Shown: positions 9,427 to 18,682 of the stretch, piece by piece
How positions within the stretch are numbered: the stretch's first letter is position 1
Layout of the letters: each line of letters begins with the position of its first letter
Assembly: GCA_902795735.1 (NCBI GenBank)
Contig: CADBMD010000158.1
Coordinates: forward strand, 2,047 to 66,046
Length of the DNA: 64,000 nt
From: an uncultured Bacteroidia bacterium
GTDB lineage: Bacteria; Bacteroidota; Bacteroidia; Bacteroidales; UBA932
Direction of reading: 5' to 3'
Translations under genes and position numbers: made by a program
The notes under the pieces: model-generated
What the model was told of the DNA's origin: nothing
What the model saw: the letters and a program-made list of their open reading frames with translations, nothing else
Databases searched by the model: none

Positions 9427-10623
9427 CTAGTTCCACCACCAAGAGACGGTGGAAGGATCTTCATCTTTAATCTGTTTGTAGGTGTCTGCCCCGACCTTTG
9501 TTTCGAGGTTGACGAAAAGCTTGTAACCCAGCTTCTTCTCGAGATCCGAGATGGACATCGACATGTCCTTGGAAATCTTGCTGGAATACTTGTTCTCGTT
9601 GTCGAACCAGAAAGCACATGCCATGAATCCCTTGTGGCCGACAGAGGAGTTGTTCTTGTAGCGAAGGAGGGCCTTGAAGTAGGATTCTGGTATCGCTACG
9701 GCCTTGCCGACATTGTCGTAAGCCTTCCTGGTCGAATTTCCGACATAGCATCCGGTCACCACATAGAGGGTATCCGTTCCGTTAGTCGCACCTGTCTTCC
9801 TCGCCCAGTCCCTGACCTTTCCTTCCAGGACCGCCCATGTTCCTCCGTTGAAATCATAGTCCTGAGGGGTCATGTTGGTCCCGTAGAAGGTCTGGATATT
9901 GGCGTCTTTGCTCAGCCTGTCGGCAGAGGGAATCTGATGGCCTCGGGAACCGAATCCGGAAAAGGCCTTGTAGACTATCGGCTGCTTGGATTCCGGAAGG
10001 AGAGGATCGACTCCCCATTGGTCGGTACGGCTCCCGCTGCCGATGTTCCAGGAACTTAAAGGATAGGCTACCCATGGAGCGACCAGGTCGTCATAGTCCC
10101 AGTCGAATGAATAATTCCTCGTCTGGACCGAACCTATGGTCATGGAATGGGTGAAAAACTCAAGTCCGTCGTCGGATTTGGTCTCGGGAAGTTCAAGCCA
10201 CTTGAATGATGCCGTCTTTGCTCCATAGCCTCTTTCATCAGAAGGCGGAGCCGGTACGACCTTCTTGTTCTGGGTCAGGGAAGCCGATGAGATTCCCCCA
10301 GAACTGGTGAGGGTCACTGTGCCGGTGCGGACGGCATCTGTGTTCTCAGTGTAGCTGAGCACGGCGGTTGTCGTGTTTCCGCTGCCGGAAGTCGGTTCGA
10401 CTTTCAGCCAGGATGCAGAAGTGGACAGGGTCCAGCTGCCGCTGGCCGTAATGCTGAGGAACTGGCTGCCTGCATCACCTGTGACGGACTGCGTCTTTAT
10501 GCTGAGTACCGGAGGGACCTGGGGTTCTTCCTTGGCGGGCTCAGAGCAGGAAGACACCGCCAATGCTGACAGTGCCATGAGCACTGCCAGCGGCGATGTA
10601 GTTATTTTCAATATCCTTTTCAA
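9427..10623 (-). CDS. BACON-domain DNA/RNA non-specific endonuclease (NucA/Serratia-type beta-beta-alpha-Me), lipoprotein
   Basis: TTG start and lipobox VSSC. BACON domain (SWTLSTSASWLKV...NTDAVRTGTVT). Catalytic motifs SRGHQIPSAD, NMTPQ and FNGGTWAVLE. Confidence 0.9.
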   Translation of the reverse strand: MKRILKITTSPLAVLMALSALAVSSCSEPAKEEPQVPPVLSIKTQSVTGDAGSQFLSITASGSWTLSTSASWLKVEPTSGSGNTTTAVLSYTENTDAVRTGTVTLTSSGGISSASLTQNKKVVPAPPSDERGYGAKTASFKWLELPETKSDDGLEFFTHSMTIGSVQTRNYSFDWDYDDLVAPWVAYPLSSWNIGSGSRTDQWGVDPLLPESKQPIVYKAFSGFGSRGHQIPSADRLSKDANIQTFYGTNMTPQDYDFNGGTWAVLEGKVRDWARKTGATNGTDTLYVVTGCYVGNSTRKAYDNVGKAVAIPESYFKALLRYKNNSSVGHKGFMACAFWFDNENKYSSKISKDMSMSISDLEKKLGYKLFVNLETKVGADTYKQIKDEDPSTVSWWWN

Positions 10624-10626
10624 ACT

Positions 10627-13122
10627 TTACTTGACGTTGATACCGAAGAGAATGACTCTGGTCTTTCCTCCTTCGACAGTCGTTACGGTGATAGTGGTGT
10701 CCTGCGGCAGGGCGTCAAAAGTCTTGGTGTAGTGATCGCTGTCATTGACAGACAAGGTGAACGGAGTATTATTGGAAGCTCCATCATTGGGGGCAAGTTC
10801 CTGGGTGAACAAAACCTGGTCGCCGACCTTGGCCACCACCGACGTCTTGTTTCCCTTCCATGAAACACCGTAGAAAGACACGGAAGTAGACCCCTTCTTC
10901 AAGACCATTGTGGCGGTACCAACCTTGGAACTTGTACCAAGCTTGAGGCCGGGCACTTCGGTACTCCCTACTTTGATGACTACATCCTGTGCATTCTCGC
11001 CCTTGGTCCATTCTACATTGCTGGATAAATCTCCTGTCACTTCTCCGGGGTCATCTCCTCCGGAACTGCCGTCGCCCTGGATATCCGTTGCGATGACATA
11101 GAGGTACTTGGCACCGCTGGAGGCTGTTGTGAAATAGAGGAAGTAACCGGTGATGGTGACGGTCTTACCGTTCAGGGATGAGATGTCCTTGGCGGGTTTG
11201 ACGATGCTTCCGACAACCGTAGCACCATCGACCTCGATGTTGAAGTACTTGTTGTTGGAAATGGAAAGCTTGCCGGTGAAGGTCACATATTCCCTGGTCT
11301 GGGAAGAATAGGAATCGAAGGAAGATGTAATATCCTTTGGATTAGGATAGGTGACCTGGTTGTCCTTGGAAACCACCTTGACGGTAGCTTCGGAAAGCTG
11401 AGGCGCATCTCCGTACTCGGCACGGGTCGCCGTGACAGTGACCATCTCGCCGACATTGGCTGTCTTTCCATAGACATAGATCATCGCACCTTCCTGTTCG
11501 ATCAGGCAACCCTGGTCCGCGGCGGCGACGACAAGTGCCGGACCGACCTCAAGGACTGCGCCTTCTTCAGCCTCAAGTGCTTCTGCCACGGTTGCAGCTT
11601 CACCCTGTACAGGCTCGCCTTCCTCGAAGGAAAGGATCACGGCTTCTATCACTTCATGCTGCTCCTTGGCTGCATAGAAATCGTATTTTCCGGCAAGGGT
11701 TACCTTTCCGCCGTTGGAAATCTTGGAGCTCCAGTCAGCCTTGTTCGCCACGTTGTAAACATAGATGGAGCCGCTGTCATCGGTCAGGTCAAAGCTGCAG
11801 TGAGAAGAATTGAACCCGCTGACGGTTCCGGTGAGCTTGTAGTAATTATCCTTGTCGGCAGCCTTGATGAACTCGTCCACTGTCTTGGCGGGAGCGTTCT
11901 CATATTCAGAAGGATCGATCTGCTCTTCCCCTTCGGACACTCCGTTGAGTGAATAGAGATAGGCACCGTTGCTGACAGTCTCAGGGGTGTTGCCGTGGTA
12001 ATTCATCAGCTTGCCGTAGATGATCACCTCGTCGCCGACCTTGATGTCGGTCTTCCCTTCCTCGTATTTCTTGTTGCCAAGATAGAGAGCATGGAAAACT
12101 TCGAACTCGTCTGCCTCTTTTCCGTCTTCGGAAATGAAGAACGTGGCATTACCGTAGGATCCGCTTTCAGTGTAAGTTCCCTTGGATGCTATACGGGATA
12201 TGATACCCTTGACATAGACGTTGTCGGTCGTCTCATAGTCGGTGTTGGAAGTCCATTTGAGGTTTGCGACTGCAGCTGCCGCTCCGGCAGGGTTGTAAGG
12301 ATCTTCGAGAGTTCCGCTTCCCTTAGCCACGGCCTCTGAACCTCCGCCTCCAGAGGTTTCACCGTTGATCGAATAGACATAGGAGTCGTTGGAGACGGTC
12401 TCGGGGGTGTTGCCCTTGTAGTTCATCAGCTTGCCGCAGATGACCACCTCGTCGCCGACCTTGATGTCGGTCTGCCCTGACTTGTATTTTTTGTTGCCAA
12501 GATAGAGGGTGCGGTAAACCTGGAATTCGTTGTTGGTGCTTCCGTCTGCGGAAATGTAGAAGGAAGCGTTGCCGTAAGAACCTCCCTGAGTGAATGTTCC
12601 GTTTTCGGAAATGCGGGAAATCTTGCCTATGACATAGACGACTCCCGTTGCCTGGTAATCATCGTTGGAAGTCCATGTGAGGTTGGATACGGCCTGTATC
12701 GCGGCCAGTACATTGTAGGGATCGTCGACAGTTCCCTTTCCGGTGGCAGTCTGGGTAGGATCGACGCCCTTGGGACCAGGCTGTGTGACAGTTACAGTGC
12801 GATAGTCAAAGTCAGTCTTGACATTGAAAGTCGCGGTCCTGTCAGAAGCATTGTTCGGAAGGGCTGTGACCGTCACGTTGACGGGAGCATCCGAGGCCCC
12901 TCCCTGGGTGGGATTGAATGCCAGCCAGTCGGCATTGGTGGTTATGGACCAGGGACGGTTCGAAGTGACTGTAACGGTAGCCGAACCTCCACCCTGCTCT
13001 ACAGACAGTTCTGTCTGGGAAACGGCGAGGGAAGGGAGGCTGGGCTCCTCCTTGGTCTCTTTGCAGCTCACGAGCAATGCCGCAGCTGCCAGGACGGAAT
13101 AAAAGAGTCTTTGGAATTTCAT
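10627..13122 (-). CDS. Surface lipoprotein with BACON, about five OB-fold-like modules and a C-terminal beta-sandwich
   Basis: Lipobox LVSC followed by KETKEE. BACON (SNRPWSITTNADWL). Two ~140-aa repeats (GxGTxxDPYN...VYVxGxI...IKVGDEVxIxGKLMNY), then three shorter OB-like units (YKLTGTV..FDLTDDSGSIYVY; MIYVYG..VGEMVTVT; YVTFTGKL..KTVTITGY). Confidence 0.7.
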   Translation of the reverse strand: MKFQRLFYSVLAAAALLVSCKETKEEPSLPSLAVSQTELSVEQGGGSATVTVTSNRPWSITTNADWLAFNPTQGGASDAPVNVTVTALPNNASDRTATFNVKTDFDYRTVTVTQPGPKGVDPTQTATGKGTVDDPYNVLAAIQAVSNLTWTSNDDYQATGVVYVIGKISRISENGTFTQGGSYGNASFYISADGSTNNEFQVYRTLYLGNKKYKSGQTDIKVGDEVVICGKLMNYKGNTPETVSNDSYVYSINGETSGGGGSEAVAKGSGTLEDPYNPAGAAAAVANLKWTSNTDYETTDNVYVKGIISRIASKGTYTESGSYGNATFFISEDGKEADEFEVFHALYLGNKKYEEGKTDIKVGDEVIIYGKLMNYHGNTPETVSNGAYLYSLNGVSEGEEQIDPSEYENAPAKTVDEFIKAADKDNYYKLTGTVSGFNSSHCSFDLTDDSGSIYVYNVANKADWSSKISNGGKVTLAGKYDFYAAKEQHEVIEAVILSFEEGEPVQGEAATVAEALEAEEGAVLEVGPALVVAAADQGCLIEQEGAMIYVYGKTANVGEMVTVTATRAEYGDAPQLSEATVKVVSKDNQVTYPNPKDITSSFDSYSSQTREYVTFTGKLSISNNKYFNIEVDGATVVGSIVKPAKDISSLNGKTVTITGYFLYFTTASSGAKYLYVIATDIQGDGSSGGDDPGEVTGDLSSNVEWTKGENAQDVVIKVGSTEVPGLKLGTSSKVGTATMVLKKGSTSVSFYGVSWKGNKTSVVAKVGDQVLFTQELAPNDGASNNTPFTLSVNDSDHYTKTFDALPQDTTITVTTVEGGKTRVILFGINVK
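11941..12740 (-). repeat. Intragenic tandem duplication, period 420 bp
   Basis: ttcatcagcttgccg(t/c)agatga(t/c)cacctcgtcgccgaccttgatgtcggtct occurs at 12002 and at 12422. The flanking sequence also aligns. Boundaries are approximate. Confidence 0.85.
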
Positions 13123-13184
13123 GATATCTTACTATTATTTCATTATTTGCACAGTTTGCTAATATACAACGAAATCTTCAAATT

Positions 13185-13940
13185 TCAAAAGCTTAGATCC
13201 ACCTCGACCGGACAATGGTCGGACCCGAAGATCTCATTGTGTATCTCGGTGGCCTGGACCTTGTCTGAAAGGTCGTCTGAAACAAGGAAATAATCAATCC
13301 TCCAACCGGCATTGTTCTCCCTGGCGCGGAACCGGTAGGACCACCATGAATATTTCACTTCATCGGGATGCTTATCCCTCCAAGTGTCAACGAAGCCGGA
13401 TGACAGCAGTTCCGTGAACTTCCCCCTCTCTTCGTCAGTGAAACCGGCGTTGCGTCGGTTGGCCTTGGGGTTCTTTATGTCGATCTCCTCGTGGGCGACG
13501 TTCATGTCTCCGCAGATTATCACACCTTTACGCTGCTTCAATCCGAGGACATATTCACGGAAGGCATCGTCCCAGGTCATGCGGTAGTCCAGACGCTTGA
13601 GACCGTCCTGGGAATTCGGTGTGTAAACGCAGACCAGGAAGAACTCCGGCATCTCGAGGGTGATGACACGCCCTTCGTGATCATGCTCCTCGACCCCTAT
13701 CCCGTAGGAAACGGATAGTGGCTGGTGCTTTGAATATATTGCCGTACCTGAATAGCCTTTTTTCTCTGCGGAATTCCAAAAGGATGTGTAGCCAAGATAT
13801 TCCAGGTCAAGCTGTCCGGGTTGCATCTTAGTTTCCTGCAGGCAGAAGAAATCGGCGTCCAACGCCGTGAATGCTTTGTCAAAGTCGCCCTTGCCGGCGC
13901 ATGCCCTCAGGCCGTTGACATTCCAACTGATGAATTTCAT
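13185..13940 (-). CDS. xth: Exodeoxyribonuclease III (AP endonuclease)
   Basis: Motifs MKFISWNVNGLRA, LQETK, GYSGTA, YTPNS, CGDMNVAH, WRIDYF and GSDHCP. No signal peptide. Confidence 0.95.
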   Translation of the reverse strand: MKFISWNVNGLRACAGKGDFDKAFTALDADFFCLQETKMQPGQLDLEYLGYTSFWNSAEKKGYSGTAIYSKHQPLSVSYGIGVEEHDHEGRVITLEMPEFFLVCVYTPNSQDGLKRLDYRMTWDDAFREYVLGLKQRKGVIICGDMNVAHEEIDIKNPKANRRNAGFTDEERGKFTELLSSGFVDTWRDKHPDEVKYSWWSYRFRARENNAGWRIDYFLVSDDLSDKVQATEIHNEIFGSDHCPVEVDLSF

Positions 13941-13962
13941 GATGAATCTGGTGTATTTCGTT

Positions 13963-13991
13963 CAAAGATAAACACAATTTATGTACATTTG
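13963..13991. promoter_or_regulatory. Back-to-back divergent -7 elements
   Basis: CAAAGATA at 13963-13970 reads TATCTTTG on the minus strand (for xth). TACATTTG at 13984-13991 is on the plus strand (for the SGNH genes). Confidence 0.6.
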
Positions 13992-14017
13992 TGTAAAAGG
14001 CAAACTTTATACCCCAT

Positions 14018-15121
14018 ATGAAAAAAATATTTCTTTCTCTCTTTCTGGCGGCAATGTCATTGTTTTGGGCCGCCCAGGCTCAATCCCAGGTAAAATACGT
14101 TTACACTGAAGCCTCCGATCTCACCCTTGTCGGCAAACTCATGGACACTCCGAACCCCTACCACAGGGTGGACACCGTCAAGTTCAAAGGATTCACAAAA
14201 GGTGAGAACACCCAGGTGCGCCAGTCCTCAGGAATCGCCGTCGCCTTCAAGACAAACTCCCCTTCCATCTCGATCATAACTGAATACGGGGAAGTCAGCT
14301 TCCCGAGCAACACCGGCGGTTTCTCAGCCCGTGGCTATGACCTCTACATCAAGGAAGACGGCCGGTGGCTGTGGGCTTCGTCCAAGGTCAACGGAGCGAA
14401 GACGGCCAGCGACCCGGTCATAGGGAACCCCATAACCCTGATTGAAAAGATGGACGGGACCTTGAAAGAGTGCCTTATGTATCTCCCTCTTTTCAGCGAG
14501 GAGTATTCAGTAAAGATTGGTGTCGTGGAAGGATCGGTGCTTGAGCCCATCCCCAACCCGTTCCGGTACAGGATCGGCATTTTCGGATCCAGCTTCACCC
14601 ATGGGACCTCCACCAGCAGGGCCGGAATGACCTATCCTGCAGTGTTCACGAGGGACACGGGACTCCAGCTCCTCAGCCTGGGATGCAGCGGCAACAGCAA
14701 GCTCCAGAGCTATTTCGCGGATGTCCTGGCTGCCGCTGATGTGGATGCCTTCATATTCGATTCATTCTCAAACCCTTCCCCCGACCTCATCAAGGAAAGG
14801 CTCTTCCCGTTCATTGAGAAGATCCAGGCTGCTCATCCCGGCAAACCGCTTATCTTCCAGCGTACCATCTACAGGGAGAACCGCAACTTCAACACGGGTT
14901 CGGACGAGTTTGAATCCGCAAAGATAGCGATGGCTGACAGCTTGATGAAAGTCGCCTGCAAGAAATACAAGGATGTCTATTACATCTACCCTTGCGCTAC
15001 CGCCAAAGACCATGAGACCACACAGGATGGCATCCATCCGTCCGACCGTGGCTATCAGCTCTGGGCCCAGTCCATCGAAAAGCCTGTCAAGAAGATTCTC
15101 CGGAAATATGGAATCAAGTAA
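14018..15121 (+). CDS. SGNH/GDSL hydrolase with N-terminal GxDLY domain (paralog 1)
   Basis: Signal peptide, RGYDLY, GSSFTHG (Ser nucleophile), LSLGCSGN and DGIHP. Confidence 0.85.
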   Translation: MKKIFLSLFLAAMSLFWAAQAQSQVKYVYTEASDLTLVGKLMDTPNPYHRVDTVKFKGFTKGENTQVRQSSGIAVAFKTNSPSISIITEYGEVSFPSNTGGFSARGYDLYIKEDGRWLWASSKVNGAKTASDPVIGNPITLIEKMDGTLKECLMYLPLFSEEYSVKIGVVEGSVLEPIPNPFRYRIGIFGSSFTHGTSTSRAGMTYPAVFTRDTGLQLLSLGCSGNSKLQSYFADVLAAADVDAFIFDSFSNPSPDLIKERLFPFIEKIQAAHPGKPLIFQRTIYRENRNFNTGSDEFESAKIAMADSLMKVACKKYKDVYYIYPCATAKDHETTQDGIHPSDRGYQLWAQSIEKPVKKILRKYGIK

Positions 15122-15124
15122 GCC

Positions 15125-16213
15125 ATGAAAAAGTTATATTCCCTGTTCATTTTGATCGGCTTAGCGCCCTGTCTTCTTGCACAGACGTCTGCCAACGTGG
15201 AATTGGTTTACACCGAAGCTTCCACCCTCACCCTGACCGGGAAGCTCATCGACACCCCCAACCCCTACCACAGGGTTGACACGGTCAAGTTCAAAGGATT
15301 CACCAGGGGCGAGAACATCCAAGTCCGCAACTCTTCAGGAATCGGAGTTTCTTTCAAGACCAACTCCTCCATCATCTCCATAATCACTGAATATGGAGAC
15401 ATCGGCCGTCCGACCAACACCGGAGGAATCTCGGCCAGGGGATATGACCTCTATATCCGCAAGGACGGGAAATGGCTCTGGGCTGCAGCAGGAGTGGCAG
15501 GCGATGCAAACCTGGACAAGCCCTACACACTGATCCGGAACATGGACCGGACTGAAAAGGAATGCCTCCTCTACCTTCCCCTGTACAGCGAAGAGCGGTC
15601 CATCAAGATAGGTGTCGAAAAGGGAGCCACGCTTGAAGCCGCTCCCAATCCTTTCCGGTACCGGATCGGCATATTCGGATCAAGCTATACACATGGTTCT
15701 TCCACCGGAAGGGCCGGAATGGCATACCCTGCCATATTCTCAAGGAACACCGGCCTTCAGCTTCTCAGCCTTGGATGCAGCGGAAACTGCAAGCTTCAGG
15801 ATTATTTCGCCAATGTGCTGGCCGCTGCCGATGTGGATGCCTTCATGTTCGACACCTTCTCCAATCCTACTCCAGAGCAAATCCGGGAAAGGCTCTTCCC
15901 GTTCATAGAGAAAATACAGGCCGCCCATCCCGGCAAGCCGCTCATCTTCCAGCAGACCATCTACCGGGAAAGCCGCAACTTCAACGGAGGCTCGGACAAG
16001 AGTGAAGGAGACAGGATCGCAGTTGCCGACAGCCTGATGAAGATAGCCTGCAAGAAATACAAGGATGTCTATTTCATCCATCCGAATGCAACGGCCAGGA
16101 ACCACGAGGCTTCAATCGACGGAGTACACCCTTCCAACTACGGGTATCAGATCTGGGCTGAATCCATTGAGAAACCCGTCAAGAAGATTCTCCGGAAATA
16201 CGGAATAAAGTAG
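15125..16213 (+). CDS. SGNH/GDSL hydrolase with N-terminal GxDLY domain (paralog 2)
   Basis: Signal peptide, RGYDLY, GSSYTHG and DGVHP. Long identical stretches shared with the upstream gene. Confidence 0.85.
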   Translation: MKKLYSLFILIGLAPCLLAQTSANVELVYTEASTLTLTGKLIDTPNPYHRVDTVKFKGFTRGENIQVRNSSGIGVSFKTNSSIISIITEYGDIGRPTNTGGISARGYDLYIRKDGKWLWAAAGVAGDANLDKPYTLIRNMDRTEKECLLYLPLYSEERSIKIGVEKGATLEAAPNPFRYRIGIFGSSYTHGSSTGRAGMAYPAIFSRNTGLQLLSLGCSGNCKLQDYFANVLAAADVDAFMFDTFSNPTPEQIRERLFPFIEKIQAAHPGKPLIFQQTIYRESRNFNGGSDKSEGDRIAVADSLMKIACKKYKDVYFIHPNATARNHEASIDGVHPSNYGYQIWAESIEKPVKKILRKYGIK

Positions 16214-16215
16214 AA

Positions 16216-18615
16216 ATGAAATATCCCCCTTCTGCGTTTGTGATGTCCGGCTTGCTGAGACGGCCATATCGGGCACTTCTTTGCTTGTTGTTCCTGCTTT
16301 GTGCTGCGTTTCAACTTTGTGCTGCGTTTCAGCTTTCCGCCCAGACCAGGACAAGCTATGTCGATCCTTTCATCGGAACAGACGGAATGGGGCACACCTT
16401 CCCGGGTGCATGCGTGCCCTTCGGCGGGGTCCAGCTCAGTCCTGACACCGACACCATTCCTCACAACGTAGATGGAAAGTACCAGCCGATGGTCTATGAG
16501 ACCTGTGCCGGCTATCGCTACACGGATCCTACGATCGTAGGATTCAGCCATACTCATTTCAGCGGCACAGGTCATTCCGACCTGGGGGACATCCTCATAA
16601 TGCCTGCAACCGGGCCGTTGAGGCTCAATCCAGGAACTGCCACGAATCCTGACAGCGGCTACCGAAGCAGGTTCAGTCACTCTTCCGAAAAAGCCCATCC
16701 GGGCTACTACGAGGTGATGCTGGACGACTACCGGATCAAGGCCAGGCTGACCGCGACCACCCGCGTCGGGGTTCATGAATATACCTTCCCTGCCTCTGTG
16801 TCGGCCGACGGACACATCATCCTTGACCTGGTGCACGGCATCTACGACTACGACGGCAAGACCCTCTGGGCAGAAGTCCAGGTCCTGGACGACACCCATG
16901 TCGTCGGCTACCGCATAACCGACGGCTGGGCCAGGACCAACTACACCTATTTCGCCATAGAATTCTCCCAGCCCATCACCGGATATGGCTACACAGACCG
17001 CGAGAAAGTCAACTACAAAGGCGGCTGGTCAAAATTCGATGTGAACCACGATTTCCCGGCAATGGCCGGACGGAAACTCGTAGCATGGTTCCGGTTCGCA
17101 ACATCGAAGAATCCAAAGCTTACCGTAAAGGTTGCCCTGTCTTCAACCGGCACCAAAGGCGCCATGAAGAATCTGGAGGCGGAAGCATCTGGAAAATCCT
17201 TCGACCGGATCGCTTCAGAGGCTGCACAGACCTGGGAAAAGGAACTTTCACAAATCAGCATAGAAGGAAGTGATGACGAAAAGAAGATGTTCTACACATC
17301 TCTTTACCACACAATGATTAATCCTTCCGTCTACATGGACGTGGACGGATCATACCGTGGCCTTGACCATGAAATCCACCACGCTGATGGATTCACCAAC
17401 TACACCGTATTTTCCCTCTGGGACACCTATCGGGCCGAGCATCCCTTCCTTGCTCTCTTTAAACCGGACAGGGACCGGGACATGGTCATGTCTATGCTTT
17501 CCCATTACGACCAGAACGTACTCCACATGCTTCCGGTCTGGAGCCACATGGCCAATGAGAATTGGTGCATGAGCGGCTATCATGCAGTTCCGGTGCTGGC
17601 TGATGCCATCGCAAAGGGTTTGGACATCGACAAGTCAAGAGCTTTGGAAGCAATGGTGACAACCTCAAGACAAAGGTGGTACTGTGGGCTTGGAGACTAC
17701 ATGGACCTTGGCTACGTTCCCTATGACAACATTTCCACTGCTGCCAGCAACACTCTTGAATATTCCTACGACGACTGGACGGTCTGGAGTACGGCACGGC
17801 TTGCCGGGGACTCCAAGATCGAAGAGGAATATGCCCCCCGCGCCAGATACTATGCCAATGTCTTCGACCGCGACCTCGGTTTCAGCAGGCCCAGGTACAA
17901 AGACGGCTCCTTCAAGAAGGATTTTGATATTATGCAGACCGTGGGCGAAGGATTCATCGAAGGGAATTCCTTGAATTTTTCTTTCCATGTCCCCCAGGAC
18001 GTCTTCGGTGTCATGGCATTGATGGGAGGAGAGAAGAGATTCATTTCAGCCCTGGACGAACTTTTCAGCAAGGACCTTCCTGAATATGCCTATGCTCTCA
18101 ACGAGGACATAACTAAGGACTGTCTGATCGGAGGTTATGTCCATGGCAACGAACCCAGCCACCATATTCCCTACCTGTATGCCTGGACTTCGCAGCCTTG
18201 GAAGACCCAGTACTGGATGCGGGAGATTATCAACCGTATGTACAGACCGGAAATCCGTGGACTGGGTGGAAATGATGACTGCGGACAGATGAGCGCATGG
18301 TACATCTTCGGGACTCTTGGTTTCTACCCCGTCTGTCCGGGAAGCGACCAGTATGTCTTCGGGGCCCCTTTCTTTAAAGAAGTTTCCGTAAGTCTCCCAA
18401 ATGGGAACACGCTGACAATCAGGGCTCCCAAGGTTAGTGACAAGAATCGCTATGTCAAGAAGGTTATCCTCAACGGGAAGGACTACACAAAGTTGTACAT
18501 TACACATGCCGACTTGTTGGCCGGTGGCACCCTCGAGTTTGACATGGCCTCTAAGCCCAACAAGTCACGCGGTCTCACCCCCGCCGACAAGCCCTACTCC
18601 ATGACCAGAAGATAG
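16216..18615 (+). CDS. GH92 alpha-mannosidase
   Basis: Motifs YVDPFIGT..GHTFPGA, GFSHTHFSGTG, FSLWDTYR, GNEPSHH and GNDDCGQMSAW. The start codon is uncertain. Confidence 0.93.
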   Translation: MKYPPSAFVMSGLLRRPYRALLCLLFLLCAAFQLCAAFQLSAQTRTSYVDPFIGTDGMGHTFPGACVPFGGVQLSPDTDTIPHNVDGKYQPMVYETCAGYRYTDPTIVGFSHTHFSGTGHSDLGDILIMPATGPLRLNPGTATNPDSGYRSRFSHSSEKAHPGYYEVMLDDYRIKARLTATTRVGVHEYTFPASVSADGHIILDLVHGIYDYDGKTLWAEVQVLDDTHVVGYRITDGWARTNYTYFAIEFSQPITGYGYTDREKVNYKGGWSKFDVNHDFPAMAGRKLVAWFRFATSKNPKLTVKVALSSTGTKGAMKNLEAEASGKSFDRIASEAAQTWEKELSQISIEGSDDEKKMFYTSLYHTMINPSVYMDVDGSYRGLDHEIHHADGFTNYTVFSLWDTYRAEHPFLALFKPDRDRDMVMSMLSHYDQNVLHMLPVWSHMANENWCMSGYHAVPVLADAIAKGLDIDKSRALEAMVTTSRQRWYCGLGDYMDLGYVPYDNISTAASNTLEYSYDDWTVWSTARLAGDSKIEEEYAPRARYYANVFDRDLGFSRPRYKDGSFKKDFDIMQTVGEGFIEGNSLNFSFHVPQDVFGVMALMGGEKRFISALDELFSKDLPEYAYALNEDITKDCLIGGYVHGNEPSHHIPYLYAWTSQPWKTQYWMREIINRMYRPEIRGLGGNDDCGQMSAWYIFGTLGFYPVCPGSDQYVFGAPFFKEVSVSLPNGNTLTIRAPKVSDKNRYVKKVILNGKDYTKLYITHADLLAGGTLEFDMASKPNKSRGLTPADKPYSMTRR
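16297..16336 (+). repeat. 18-bp tandem duplication in the GH92 signal-peptide region
   Basis: ctttgtgctgcgtttcaa ctttgtgctgcgtttcag cttt, encoding LCAAFQ-LCAAFQ-L. Confidence 0.85.
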
Positions 18616-18682
18616 CAGCGCAATCCACGGTCATCCCAAATCCTTTTGTCATTCCGATACAAGCCTCGTACAGTATAAGTCA

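Noticed and set aside
8331-13940. Anti-phage or restriction system interpretation of the nuclease cluster
   Set aside because: The two locus nucleases carry export signals and are linked to a TBDR. No methylase, ATPase or helicase is present.
16240-16275. Possible REP-like palindrome (gtgatgtccggcttg...cggccatatc) in the GH92 leader
   Set aside because: Pairing is too weak and there is no second copy in the window.
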